Positions 51,249-59,527 of a DNA stretch of 64,000 nucleotides are shown here, piece by piece (positions within the stretch are counted from its first letter, which is position 1; every line of letters begins with the position of its first letter). Both the position numbers and the translations under genes were made by a program. Source of the stretch: a virus; IMG/VR virus record IMGVR_UViG_3300033120_001036, positions 792 through 64,791 of that record; one strand, 5' to 3'. Under the pieces are notes generated by a model. The model saw nothing but the letters and a program-made list of their open reading frames with translations, did not search any database and had not been told where the DNA came from.

Positions 51249-51277
51249 ACACCCTCAAAATATAATTAAGAGGGTGT
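51249..51277 (-). terminator. Intrinsic terminator closing the RNA cluster
   Basis: acaccctc-N13-gagggtgt stem followed by TTTT on the minus strand. Confidence 0.7.
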
Positions 51278-51316
51278 CGGAACCTATAGCCATTTATTAA
51301 CACAAACTTAAAATCT

Positions 51317-51421
51317 AAAACAGTAGAACTCTCCTTCATACATAAACCCACATCTCCGTCAACGCTGCTATTTAGAGGTAATTCAAAGATTCTCAAGTGA
51401 CGTCTTGATTTCTACTGTTTT
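51317..51421 (-). ncRNA. Structured RNA closed by a 12-bp terminal stem
   Basis: aaaacagtagaa ... ttctactgtttt, with internal TCAAG/CTTGA hairpin. Confidence 0.45.
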
Positions 51422-51534
51422 GTGATAGGACCTCGATTCGAACAAGGATCTACACTACTAATCTATTCCGCTAACATAAAGCTAGTAAGGCAATAAATCC
51501 AGTTCGTGCAATTCTGCCATTAAACTATCCTACC
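51421..51534 (-). ncRNA. tRNA-like RNA with greatly extended anticodon arm
   Basis: Acceptor GGTAGGA/TCCTATC, D arm GTTT-AATGGCA-GAAT, T arm CCTTG-TTCGAAT-CGAGG; about 50 nt of hairpin in place of the anticodon loop. Confidence 0.75.
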
Positions 51535-51536
51535 TT

Positions 51537-51645
51537 GTTATCTCGTAGTTTTTAAGGTTTGTGCAAGTATGATGGATTACACATCTTCACCGTGATATAG
51601 TACAAACCTAATTCAATTGCTGATTTCCATTCCAGCTAAGATAAC
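51537..51645 (-). ncRNA. tRNA-derived RNA: acceptor plus D arm plus long hairpin, no T loop
   Basis: GTTATCT/AGATAAC closing stem, TA-GCTG-GAATGGAAAT-CAGC, AGGTTTGT/ACAAACCT stem. Confidence 0.45.
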
Positions 51646-51731
51646 TGTTGTCAATGCGATTTTGGTCGGTGTACTTTCAACCTAAACACTTCTTAACTAC
51701 ACTTTGTACAAATGTTGTATTAGTAATTGAA

Positions 51732-51804
51732 TTGCGGAGGCGAATGGACTCGAACCACTAACCTTAGGTGCGACCTAATGCTCTACCAATTGAGCTACAT
51801 CCCC
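51732..51804 (-). tRNA. tRNA-like gene with shrunken (5-nt) anticodon loop; isotype undetermined
   Basis: GGGGATG TA GCTC AATTGGTA GAGC A TTAGG TCGCA CCTAA GGTT AGTGG TTCGAGT CCATT CGCCTCC G. Confidence 0.75.
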
Positions 51805-52014
51805 ATTTTGTCGTCTTAATAATTTCTCTATGGTAAACTTCGACGACATACTTAAACCAAATTAAAGATGCTTAGGTATTACAAGAATATCTTAAAAGAT
51901 CTCTCTAAATTGTCTATTAACTCAGATAAGAAGTTTAAGTCAAACGCGACTGATTGCCTTATGCTTATTTTACGCAAAACTCATGTAATACTACCAAGTC
52001 AGCAATTCACGGTG

Positions 52015-52110
52015 TTGCTCTAATAAATGGAGTCGAACCATTCTCCCGATCATCTATTGTCCCACTAAACGAGGTATCGTCGTTTCACTGTGCCCATACA
52101 CCAATTAGAA
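52015..52110 (-). ncRNA. tRNA-like RNA with atypical central region
   Basis: Acceptor TTCTAAT/ATTAGAG, D arm GTGT-ATGG-GCAC, T arm AATGG-TTCGACT-CCATT; central AAACGA/TCGTTT hairpin plus about 24 extra nt. Confidence 0.6.
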
Positions 52111-52160
52111 TCCAGAGTTTCGAACCTCTGATTATATCAAGTTAATTAGACTTGATTTTT

Positions 52161-52269
52161 GTACGCTAGCACTGATTCGAACAATGCATTCTCTACACTT
52201 TGATTCTGGCTGAATTAGTAATTCTGCTCTCACCATCTGGTAGCGTGTTGCCATTAGACTAATAGCGTA
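52161..52269 (-). ncRNA. tRNA-like RNA with extended anticodon arm
   Basis: Acceptor TACGCTA/TAGCGTA, D loop TAATGGCA, T arm CATTG-TTCGAAT-CAGTG; CTAC/GTAG stem encloses 43 nt containing a GAATT/AATTC hairpin. Confidence 0.7.
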
Positions 52270-52304
52270 ACCACAATTACGTAAATAAAAGAACTTTATT
52301 CTCT

Positions 52305-52401
52305 TTCGAGATCAGAGAGTAGTAGTGTGACCCACTACCCTTACTACGCAGACACCATCGTCATGGCTTATGTCACTTGCACCAATTCAAGCTATTCTCG
52401 A
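52305..52401 (-). ncRNA. tRNA-derived RNA: acceptor plus D arm, with long 3' hairpin replacing the T arm
   Basis: TCGAGA/TCTCGA closing stem, TA-GCTT-GAATTGGTGC-AAGT, GTAGTG/CACTAC stem. Confidence 0.45.
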
Positions 52402-52560
52402 TGCTACGATAGTAGATTTACCTTAGATTCACTCAATACTTTTAGTTTGAATATAGATTTTACTTGGTCCTACGGTACTGGTGACGATCCATTAACCTTG
52501 GTCATTTGCATTCCGCCCCACAAAATCCCTACTACCACTTCGTTTAATTCAAACTAAATT

Positions 52561-52579
52561 CTTCAAAGAACTTTATTCT
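52561..52579 (-). promoter_or_regulatory. boxA-like antitermination motif at the head of the RNA cluster
   Basis: AGAATAAAGTTCTTTGAAG on the minus strand; the 15-mer core recurs at 52288-52302. Confidence 0.5.
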
Positions 52580-52594
52580 GTTTCCAGATTTTAC

Positions 52595-52879
52595 TTAACC
52601 TCTAATATCTTCGTCTTCATTTGTTAATGACTTCGAACCACCTGTCATTCCAGCAAAGTAACCATCTGAAATTACATTACCAGTAACGTTTATGTTACCT
52701 CTCACTCTAAGGTCTCTGTCTATAATCATTTCATTTGGACGTACTTCATACGGATAATGAATCTTAACTTCTTGTTTCTTAAGATTTCTTGTTTCCCACA
52801 TCAAAGCTATGTAAACAAAAAGTGCTATTCCACATGAAAATCCAAAACCAAGTACTAAAGCAGTAAAGAATGTGTTCAT
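52595..52879 (-). CDS. Small membrane protein
   Basis: N-terminal hydrophobic helix. Confidence 0.65.
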   Translation of the reverse strand: MNTFFTALVLGFGFSCGIALFVYIALMWETRNLKKQEVKIHYPYEVRPNEMIIDRDLRVRGNINVTGNVISDGYFAGMTGGSKSLTNEDEDIRG

Positions 52880-52899
52880 ATAATATTTTTTTGATGTTG

Positions 52900-52926
52900 T
52901 AAAAGTAAATAGTCTTTTTTTAAGAA
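52900..52926 (-). promoter_or_regulatory. Promoter (TACTTTTA) with degenerate palindrome TTTTTAAGAA
   Basis: Same spacing as the other copies; upstream of the RNA cluster. Confidence 0.55.
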
Positions 52927-52947
52927 AAAATATTTTATCAATTATTT

Positions 52948-53688
52948 TTAAGAAATTTTTAAATTATATTCTTCTTGTTTGACTATCAATCGATTATACC
53001 TTAAAACATCTACTTCCTTAATGTAAGCTAGATTATCATTAAAGCATTCTAACATTTCCATTTTTTCTATGTTGCCACTTTCCCAAATAACATGGCAATC
53101 TCTACAAAGTAGATTTATATTTCTTTCTTCTAATTTGAGATCTGGTCTATGTTTTACGCTTAATATATGGCTTCTATCTAACCATTGATTTCCATGACCA
53201 CATCCTTGACAAATGTATGCTCCATTGTCTTTGGCTTCTGTTGAGATTTTATCCTTAAGTTTTTTAAGCTCTATGTCTTCACTTGAAACCTTTACCTTAA
53301 TTGTTTGTTTTACTATGATCTTTTTTTTAGGAATCTTTATAGCTATATCTTTCTCTGAAGCGTATACAATCTCATTTGTCTCAAGAATCTCTATTTTGTA
53401 AGTCTTCACATAAGAATGCTCATTTTGAACATCTAAGATCTTTATTCTCTTCCCTTCGTATTCTTCTTCCCTATTATTGTGGTAAAATCTAAATGAACCC
53501 TCTGGATGCTTTTCTTTTATCTCAGTCGATTGTTTTTTGTTTGACGCATTATCCTTTGCTTTTTGCTTATATCGTTCAACACGTGTAACTCCATGTATTT
53601 TTATTTGATTACAATCGTCACATAACATGTGTGTTCTATTCACTATGAAGGTGTCTTTTTTGCATGTCGAGCACGTTTCCTTCTCCAT
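52948..53688 (-). CDS. HNH endonuclease with N-terminal zinc finger
   Basis: CQGCG...DRSHILS....N..LLCRDCH; N-terminal CSTC..CDDC. Confidence 0.85.
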   Translation of the reverse strand: MEKETCSTCKKDTFIVNRTHMLCDDCNQIKIHGVTRVERYKQKAKDNASNKKQSTEIKEKHPEGSFRFYHNNREEEYEGKRIKILDVQNEHSYVKTYKIEILETNEIVYASEKDIAIKIPKKKIIVKQTIKVKVSSEDIELKKLKDKISTEAKDNGAYICQGCGHGNQWLDRSHILSVKHRPDLKLEERNINLLCRDCHVIWESGNIEKMEMLECFNDNLAYIKEVDVLRYNRLIVKQEEYNLKIS

Positions 53689-54439
53689 TCTGATTTATGT
53701 CTTTAAATACTTCTTGAGTCTCTCTGGCTTGTGATTCTGCTAATAACCTAACTATTTCACCTGGTGTCTTGTTCATATAAAGAACTTCCTTATCTGAATT
53801 GTCTTTAAATTTAAGCTCTGTTTGAGCATATAGATTTTGTTCTATTTCACCAAGTATGACTGACTCAGAGTTTCTTAATTTTATATCAGATCCTTCTTTG
53901 TCAACCTTACATTTTTTAATGAGATTCAAAAATACTACTCTATCTTCAAGCGATAATTTTGTAATCGTTTTTTCTATTCTTTCTCTAGTAAAAATTTCTC
54001 TAGCAGTTAAATCCTCTATGATTCTCTTTGTTATCTTTACCCTTAAGTTTGTTTTATGGAATCCCAATAATGTCTCTTTCTGCTTCATAGCATCCATGAC
54101 ACTTGAAAGTTCGTAGTTCCTTCTAGTTAGAGCATTTAAATAGTCTTTGTAATCTTCAAATATTTCTGGATCTATATATGTGAGATTTATATTGTCTCGC
54201 ATTATTTGAGAATACCTTGCTATATGAAGTGCAAAGACATCTGTAGAATTTGTTGTCACTTCAGATCTCAAAGTATTTATAATAGCATTGTATTTTTTTA
54301 TAAACAATGCCTTATTCATTTTAGAATACTCTTTTTTAGATCTGATCTCATCCCATATTTGTGGACGCATCAAACCCAATTCAACAAGTCTTCTAATTTC
54401 TTCTTTTAATACTTCATTACTTCTCATAATTATACCCAT
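53636..54439 (-). CDS. Terminase small subunit-like protein (paralog B)
   Basis: H...Y.Q, MKQKETLL and LS.ED...L pattern shared with 56531-57127; adjacent to TerL. Confidence 0.45.
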   Translation of the reverse strand: MGIIMRSNEVLKEEIRRLVELGLMRPQIWDEIRSKKEYSKMNKALFIKKYNAIINTLRSEVTTNSTDVFALHIARYSQIMRDNINLTYIDPEIFEDYKDYLNALTRRNYELSSVMDAMKQKETLLGFHKTNLRVKITKRIIEDLTAREIFTRERIEKTITKLSLEDRVVFLNLIKKCKVDKEGSDIKLRNSESVILGEIEQNLYAQTELKFKDNSDKEVLYMNKTPGEIVRLLAESQARETQEVFKDINQNGEGNVLDMQKRHLHSE

Positions 54440-55875
54440 CCAGCAATTGCTGGACTATTATCTTCTAAACTTTCTGAAATTGCAATTACAGTTACGTCAA
54501 CCATGTCGTCGTGTTCTGAGTTAGGGAACATGCATAATTGATTCAAATAATTTTCAACGTATGGTCCATCTATTAATATGACTCTTCCAGTTTCTAATAT
54601 TGGAAGTTTTGAGTTTAATCTTGCCACTTTATCTGTATCTGGTGGTTTTGATTCCAACACGTTCAACATAGTTGTTGCTATTAATTGTTGAACTATTGAT
54701 TTTCCACTCGCTTTTGGTTCTACAAATATTCTTGAGTTAGCATTGTAACCCATTCTTGTCACATACAATTTTATGAAAGTTATCAAATCGTGAAACTCCA
54801 TCCAAACCTCTAAAACGTCTAATATATAAAGCTTATTGTCTTTTACAAAATACGACATTATAGCACTTGGATCGTTCTCTTCGTTACTTGTATACGCTGG
54901 ATCTATTGCAAAACATATTGGCTCATTTACTGTATCTCTACTTATAGTTACACTTTGGACTACTTTCATCCAAGCTCTCTTAACCATGTTTCCTTCTTCT
55001 TTGGCAGGAACCTGTGAATATTGGCCAGCATATCCCTTAGTCCCCAAAGCTGCCATCATTCCACTTAGAATATTATACCCTAATCTTTTTGGATCAAGTA
55101 AGTTGTTTTTATAAAACTGTCTTAATTCCTTAGGTTTTACTTTATCACTTAATTCTGCTGGTAAACATATATGCTTATAATGATTTTTTTTATCGTTCTT
55201 TAAAAGATGCCCAGTTAAATCATCTTCATGTAACCTTTGCATCACTATCATTCTCAAACCCAAATAGGCTGGAGTTAATCTATTGTATAATGATTGCGTA
55301 AAATATGAATTAACCTTTAGTCTTTCTGGTTTACTAATAGCTGTTTTAGGGTTTTGCGGATCATCTAGAATTATATACAATCCAGAAAAACCAGTAATGT
55401 TTCCACCAACTGTTTTACTTAATCTATATCCACCCTTGTCTGTAAAATAAAATGACTTAGCTTTTGAATCTGCACGTATAGAAAATACATCTCCGAACAA
55501 TTCTTTATATTCTGCTGATGTTATTATGTCCTTACATAATTGTGCGTTTAGAATCGATAAAGCGTCGTCGTAAGAAATACATAAAAATTTGGCTGCTGGA
55601 TTTCTAGTCCAAACCCAAGCATTAAAAATAACTGAACAAATTAAAGATTTAGATGTTCTCGGTGGAATGTTGATTATTAAATCTTGATCATTCTCCTCTC
55701 TTCTCTCTATTCTTTTTTGCTCAGCATCTAAAGTTTCACACAAGAATTCTATATGGAAATTATCTTCAAATGGTTCGTTAGAATGCAATAATTCAAATGC
55801 CCACTTAAAAAATTCATAATAGCTTTCTTTGTATGTACTTCGTTTTAGTTCTAATTCTAAAGCATCAAAATCCAT
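54430..55875 (-). CDS. terL: Terminase large subunit
   Basis: PPRTSKS Walker A, ILDDP Walker B, MQRLHEDD, AIDPA and HDDMVD nuclease motifs. Confidence 0.96.
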   Translation of the reverse strand: MDFDALELELKRSTYKESYYEFFKWAFELLHSNEPFEDNFHIEFLCETLDAEQKRIERREENDQDLIINIPPRTSKSLICSVIFNAWVWTRNPAAKFLCISYDDALSILNAQLCKDIITSAEYKELFGDVFSIRADSKAKSFYFTDKGGYRLSKTVGGNITGFSGLYIILDDPQNPKTAISKPERLKVNSYFTQSLYNRLTPAYLGLRMIVMQRLHEDDLTGHLLKNDKKNHYKHICLPAELSDKVKPKELRQFYKNNLLDPKRLGYNILSGMMAALGTKGYAGQYSQVPAKEEGNMVKRAWMKVVQSVTISRDTVNEPICFAIDPAYTSNEENDPSAIMSYFVKDNKLYILDVLEVWMEFHDLITFIKLYVTRMGYNANSRIFVEPKASGKSIVQQLIATTMLNVLESKPPDTDKVARLNSKLPILETGRVILIDGPYVENYLNQLCMFPNSEHDDMVDVTVIAISESLEDNSPAIAGWV

Positions 55876-56174
55876 TAATCTCTAAAATTCACCAATCTAT
55901 CAAATTCTAGATCATTATAAGACAGAATCTCCCAAGGTTTTACGTCTAAATACTTTTCAAACTCATAAGATCCTACAACACTATTTAGATACATTGGAAT
56001 AGGGTAATCAAAAAACATCAACATCAACTCACCTTGATCTTTCTTACTATTCAGAGTTGGGATTATCATTTTAACCCTTAGTTTCAAAAACTTGTTTTGA
56101 ATGTTATTACTTTGATGAGACCCTATACATTTCTTCTTTTTAGTTATTACAATTTGACCTATTTCAATTTCCAT
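55875..56174 (-). CDS. Hypothetical protein
   Basis: 99 aa, coupled to terL. Confidence 0.65.
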   Translation of the reverse strand: MEIEIGQIVITKKKKCIGSHQSNNIQNKFLKLRVKMIIPTLNSKKDQGELMLMFFDYPIPMYLNSVVGSYEFEKYLDVKPWEILSYNDLEFDRLVNFRD

Positions 56175-56544
56175 CTTTTATCTCTTCCAATAATTCTTCA
56201 TCGACTTTTACATTTTGCTCCCAATAATTAAAAGCTTTCAAGAAATTATCAGCACCACCCATTGTAAGTTCTGAATCCTCACTCTTCCACCACCAATCGA
56301 AAAATTCAGCTATTTCACTTTTATCATATTTTTGCAGAATAGTAACGTCTTGACCTCTAAGTAAATTTATTACGCTTTGTGGAGATCCTTTTGTAAGTTC
56401 TTCACCAAATTTATCTTGCAAAACAAATACCACATCTTCCTTTTCATTCTTAGATAAATGAATCGAAAATGGTCTAGCTTCAATATCTGTTTTCAAAACA
56501 GTAATTAAAAAATCCCCTAATTTATCTAACTCAAACAGTTTCAT
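56164..56544 (-). CDS. Hypothetical protein
   Basis: 126 aa in an overlapping gene string. Confidence 0.7.
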   Translation of the reverse strand: MKLFELDKLGDFLITVLKTDIEARPFSIHLSKNEKEDVVFVLQDKFGEELTKGSPQSVINLLRGQDVTILQKYDKSEIAEFFDWWWKSEDSELTMGGADNFLKAFNYWEQNVKVDEELLEEIKDGN

Positions 56545-57127
56545 ATTCTGTATATTCTTCTAGTTGTATAATCGCATTAAATCCAGCCTTTTCCATCAAT
56601 GAGTTTAATTGAGCTTTTTCTTTCGCTGACAATAAATCAAAATTAAACGATGACTTATTTTCAATAACTTCTTCCTGTTCTATTTTAATAAGAGTTTCAT
56701 TTTCAGCTATTAAATCCAACAATGCTTCTTTCTGTTTCATAGTTTGCAAAGAAGACTTTACTTCTCCACTTTCATTGAAATAATCATAAAGTTGTTCATA
56801 TATGGAAACATGTTGAACTATGGTGTTTTGATAAAGCTCAGAAATATTATTTGGCAATATCTTTTGAATACTTATATTTCTGAGCTCTTTTACAGCTTTC
56901 CTAAAATCTTCATCACCCATGTGGTGATAGGCATTTGGAAACATTTCAGCCACAAGATCTATTGTCTTATTGAAGCTTTTACCACCTATAATATTGTAGT
57001 CAAATATTACTTTCTCTAAATTGAAAAAATCTCTTTGAGAGATAAATTTTTCAAACTTAGCATGATAATACCTAAAACCACCGTGGTTGTCTTTTTTTTG
57101 CTCTATCTCCTCACTCCATTTAGTCAT
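56531..57127 (-). CDS. Terminase small subunit-like protein (paralog A)
   Basis: HVSIYEQLY, MKQKEALL and FDLLSAKEKAQL; upstream of terL. Confidence 0.5.
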   Translation of the reverse strand: MTKWSEEIEQKKDNHGGFRYYHAKFEKFISQRDFFNLEKVIFDYNIIGGKSFNKTIDLVAEMFPNAYHHMGDEDFRKAVKELRNISIQKILPNNISELYQNTIVQHVSIYEQLYDYFNESGEVKSSLQTMKQKEALLDLIAENETLIKIEQEEVIENKSSFNFDLLSAKEKAQLNSLMEKAGFNAIIQLEEYTEYETV

Positions 57128-57468
57128 ACTATTTCATATAAAATGGAATCAACTGTTGCATAACAAAAACCCTTATTTGTCGAAAAGAATAAATGTATCT
57201 TATACATTCCCTTAGCTTTATCTAATTCTGTTAAATAGATCTCACTTGGAAAATTCTTCAAACATTCTTTTAGTGTTTCAACATCTTCAAAATAACCATC
57301 TAAACCATTCTGTAAAAAGAACTTTAAATCAACCTCCCAAGACTTACCTCTTAATTGAAGAATAAACAACCTAAATAGATTGTAGAAGAAATGTCTACAC
57401 AATTCGAATTTGAAAATAGATCCAGTTTCGTATGTAATGTTCTCTATAAATTTGAAATGTTTTCTCAT
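57124..57468 (-). CDS. Hypothetical protein
   Basis: ATGA-coupled ORF. Confidence 0.65.
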   Translation of the reverse strand: MRKHFKFIENITYETGSIFKFELCRHFFYNLFRLFILQLRGKSWEVDLKFFLQNGLDGYFEDVETLKECLKNFPSEIYLTELDKAKGMYKIHLFFSTNKGFCYATVDSILYEIV

Positions 57469-57920
57469 AATTCTTTTACTTTATACATTCTACCATGTTT
57501 AAACTCCTTACAATTTTCTTTTCCAAATAGAGAGCAATCTTCAGACACAAATATTTTACTATTGATTGGGTCTAAAACTACGTAGATATTTTCATAATTA
57601 CTTTCAAGATGCCATATCTTCATTGTTAGGTTAGTATCATATATTACCTGCGTATAATGATTAAGAACTTTATATTTGTCTGGTTGACTCTTTTGTGGGC
57701 ACTTTATGTAAGCTGTATTTGATTTTGACTCTAAATCGAATAAATATTCTCCACCTTGATTTTTGAATAAATGAGATATTTTTTCAATATCTATTTCCTT
57801 TCCATTTATAACGTATCCACAAGGTATACCACTATAATTTGGATCATAATCTTTATGAAACAAACTATACATCAAAGCTATAATGATAATCATCAAAAAT
57901 GGGTATAGTGTCTTTTTCAT
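57465..57920 (-). CDS. Membrane-anchored hypothetical protein
   Basis: N-terminal hydrophobic helix. Confidence 0.65.
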   Translation of the reverse strand: MKKTLYPFLMIIIIALMYSLFHKDYDPNYSGIPCGYVINGKEIDIEKISHLFKNQGGEYLFDLESKSNTAYIKCPQKSQPDKYKVLNHYTQVIYDTNLTMKIWHLESNYENIYVVLDPINSKIFVSEDCSLFGKENCKEFKHGRMYKVKEL

Positions 57921-58102
57921 TTTATTAATTCATTAATGTTTTTTGCCATCATATAAAATATAAATAATAAAACAAGTAGCTTGATTATATTCCCTATCCA
58001 ATCTAAACCATTCTTCATCAATTCTTTGCTAACATTTAATAAGATTAAAATAAGAATAGTTTCTAATATTAAAAAAATAAACCAGTATTTATTTTCTTTC
58101 AT
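57917..58102 (-). CDS. Small two-TM membrane protein
   Basis: Two hydrophobic segments in 61 aa. Confidence 0.6.
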   Translation of the reverse strand: MKENKYWFIFLILETILILILLNVSKELMKNGLDWIGNIIKLLVLLFIFYMMAKNINELIK

Positions 58103-58536
58103 TTTATAAACAATATTGTTGTTAATAGAAATATTGCAATAGATTCTCCTACAATTATTCTTCTTGACTTTCTCAATGTCTGATCCATCTCTATAGAATT
58201 CCTAGCCAACTTATCTGAAAGTGTTTGATTGGTTTCCCTTTCTTTCATTACTGCTATATTGTATTCGTAGTTTTGCAAAAATATCCTTTTGTTTAGTGAC
58301 AACACTAAAAGGCTGTCATTTTTCTTTTGCTCATACATTACTTTTATTTTGTAATCCTTGAGCTCACACATATCTATCAAGCGAGAAAACTCATTTATTA
58401 AGACTCTCCCATTCACAGACGTATCCTTACTTTCTTTTACTTCTTGACTCAATATAGTTGGCAACATTGAGTAAGCTCTCGTTGTAATCCCTATCGTCAG
58501 CATAATGATAGAGATCAACATCTTTAATTTTTGCAT
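58099..58536 (-). CDS. Signal-peptide plus C-terminal TM coiled-coil protein (spanin-like?)
   Basis: Overlaps the upstream gene by 110 nt; hydrophobic at both ends. Confidence 0.55.
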   Translation of the reverse strand: MQKLKMLISIIMLTIGITTRAYSMLPTILSQEVKESKDTSVNGRVLINEFSRLIDMCELKDYKIKVMYEQKKNDSLLVLSLNKRIFLQNYEYNIAVMKERETNQTLSDKLARNSIEMDQTLRKSRRIIVGESIAIFLLTTILFIK

Positions 58537-58825
58537 CTAAACTGTCTAATTTATATTTTGAAACTTTATTTTGACTTGCCATTATGACTGCCTCATTTTG
58601 AAGCAACATCAAATTCCTGTATGTTGTGAATTCATTTTCTAGTGAATCTATTTTAGAGCTACATTCGGCTGATGTAAGTTTATTCTCTATTTTTAGATTC
58701 TTCTTTTTGATTACGTTTATGAAAACTGTTAATGCTGTAGTTAACAATAGGGCAACAATTATAATTGCCATTATTTGCTCCTTGCTTCTTATTTTTATCA
58801 TGATTTTAAATAATTTTCTATCCAA
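58427..58825 (-). CDS. TM plus coiled-coil protein (i-spanin-like?)
   Basis: AIIIVALLLTTALTVFINV followed by a helical region. Confidence 0.55.
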   Translation of the reverse strand: MDRKLFKIMIKIRSKEQIMAIIIVALLLTTALTVFINVIKKKNLKIENKLTSAECSSKIDSLENEFTTYRNLMLLQNEAVIMASQNKVSKYKLDSLDAKIKDVDLYHYADDRDYNESLLNVANYIESRSKRK

Positions 58826-59133
58826 ACAGTAAGTTCATTTCTTAGAGATCCAAACCAAAGTACGTCTTCTTCGTTGTTATCTAAATGAGGATACCATATA
58901 GCGTAAACAAGATTCTGAACTGTTTGGTATTTTGTCCAAGTAGGTTTTTTACCAGTCTTCTTACTCTCTATCCAATTTATGAAACCGTCTCTATAAGTTT
59001 GCTTTGAAGATCCAGTTGTTACGTCTAATTTCTTTGACCATATAGAGAAAGATAATTCTTCAAGAGTTTTACAATCCTTAATTACTTGTAATCTCTTCTC
59101 TAATCTATCTTTTATTTCTTGAGATACTTCCAT
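58798..59133 (-). CDS. Hypothetical protein
   Basis: 111-aa ORF. Confidence 0.7.
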   Translation of the reverse strand: MEVSQEIKDRLEKRLQVIKDCKTLEELSFSIWSKKLDVTTGSSKQTYRDGFINWIESKKTGKKPTWTKYQTVQNLVYAIWYPHLDNNEEDVLWFGSLRNELTVWIENYLKS

Positions 59134-59330
59134 TATTTGAATTTTGATAATCTTACACTTAAATAACCCATTCTATTGAATATTTTACCATATAGTTCTA
59201 CATCTTTTCCAGCTATGTCTTCTATTTTTTTACCCAATGGTACGTTTTCTTTTCTAAGTTGATCCATGAATAGTCTAACATCTTCTATTTTGATTTTGTC
59301 TACAGGTTTTTGGGAAACTTCACCAACCAC
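59133..59330 (-). CDS. Hypothetical protein
   Basis: 65-aa ORF coupled to the next gene. Confidence 0.55.
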   Translation of the reverse strand: MVGEVSQKPVDKIKIEDVRLFMDQLRKENVPLGKKIEDIAGKDVELYGKIFNRMGYLSVRLSKFK

Positions 59331-59527
59331 TTTTTGTGACTTATTGAACTTACTCCATTTGAAAACTTAGTCGTTATATTTTCTATAGAATAAAGCCATA
59401 TAAACAAATCAAAATTTGAAAGTGTAAAATTACTTAATGAAACGAATCCAAGCTCATTTGCTTTGGATTTCATATATTGTTGTAAGAATATTTTCCTAAG
59501 ATCTCTATACTTTTCTAATGTCATCAC
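59300..59527 (-). CDS. Hypothetical protein
   Basis: 75-aa ORF filling the gap. Confidence 0.5.
   Translation of the reverse strand: MMTLEKYRDLRKIFLQQYMKSKANELGFVSLSNFTLSNFDLFIWLYSIENITTKFSNGVSSISHKKWLVKFPKNL

Noticed and set aside
52111-52157. Amber suppressor tRNA (loop contains CTA)
   Set aside because: CTA occupies loop positions 1-3 rather than the anticodon position, and there is no acceptor or D arm.
51421-52269. Group I intron-containing tRNAs or tmRNA
   Set aside because: Inserts of 43-50 nt are too short for self-splicing introns, and D arms are present with no tag ORF, unlike tmRNA.
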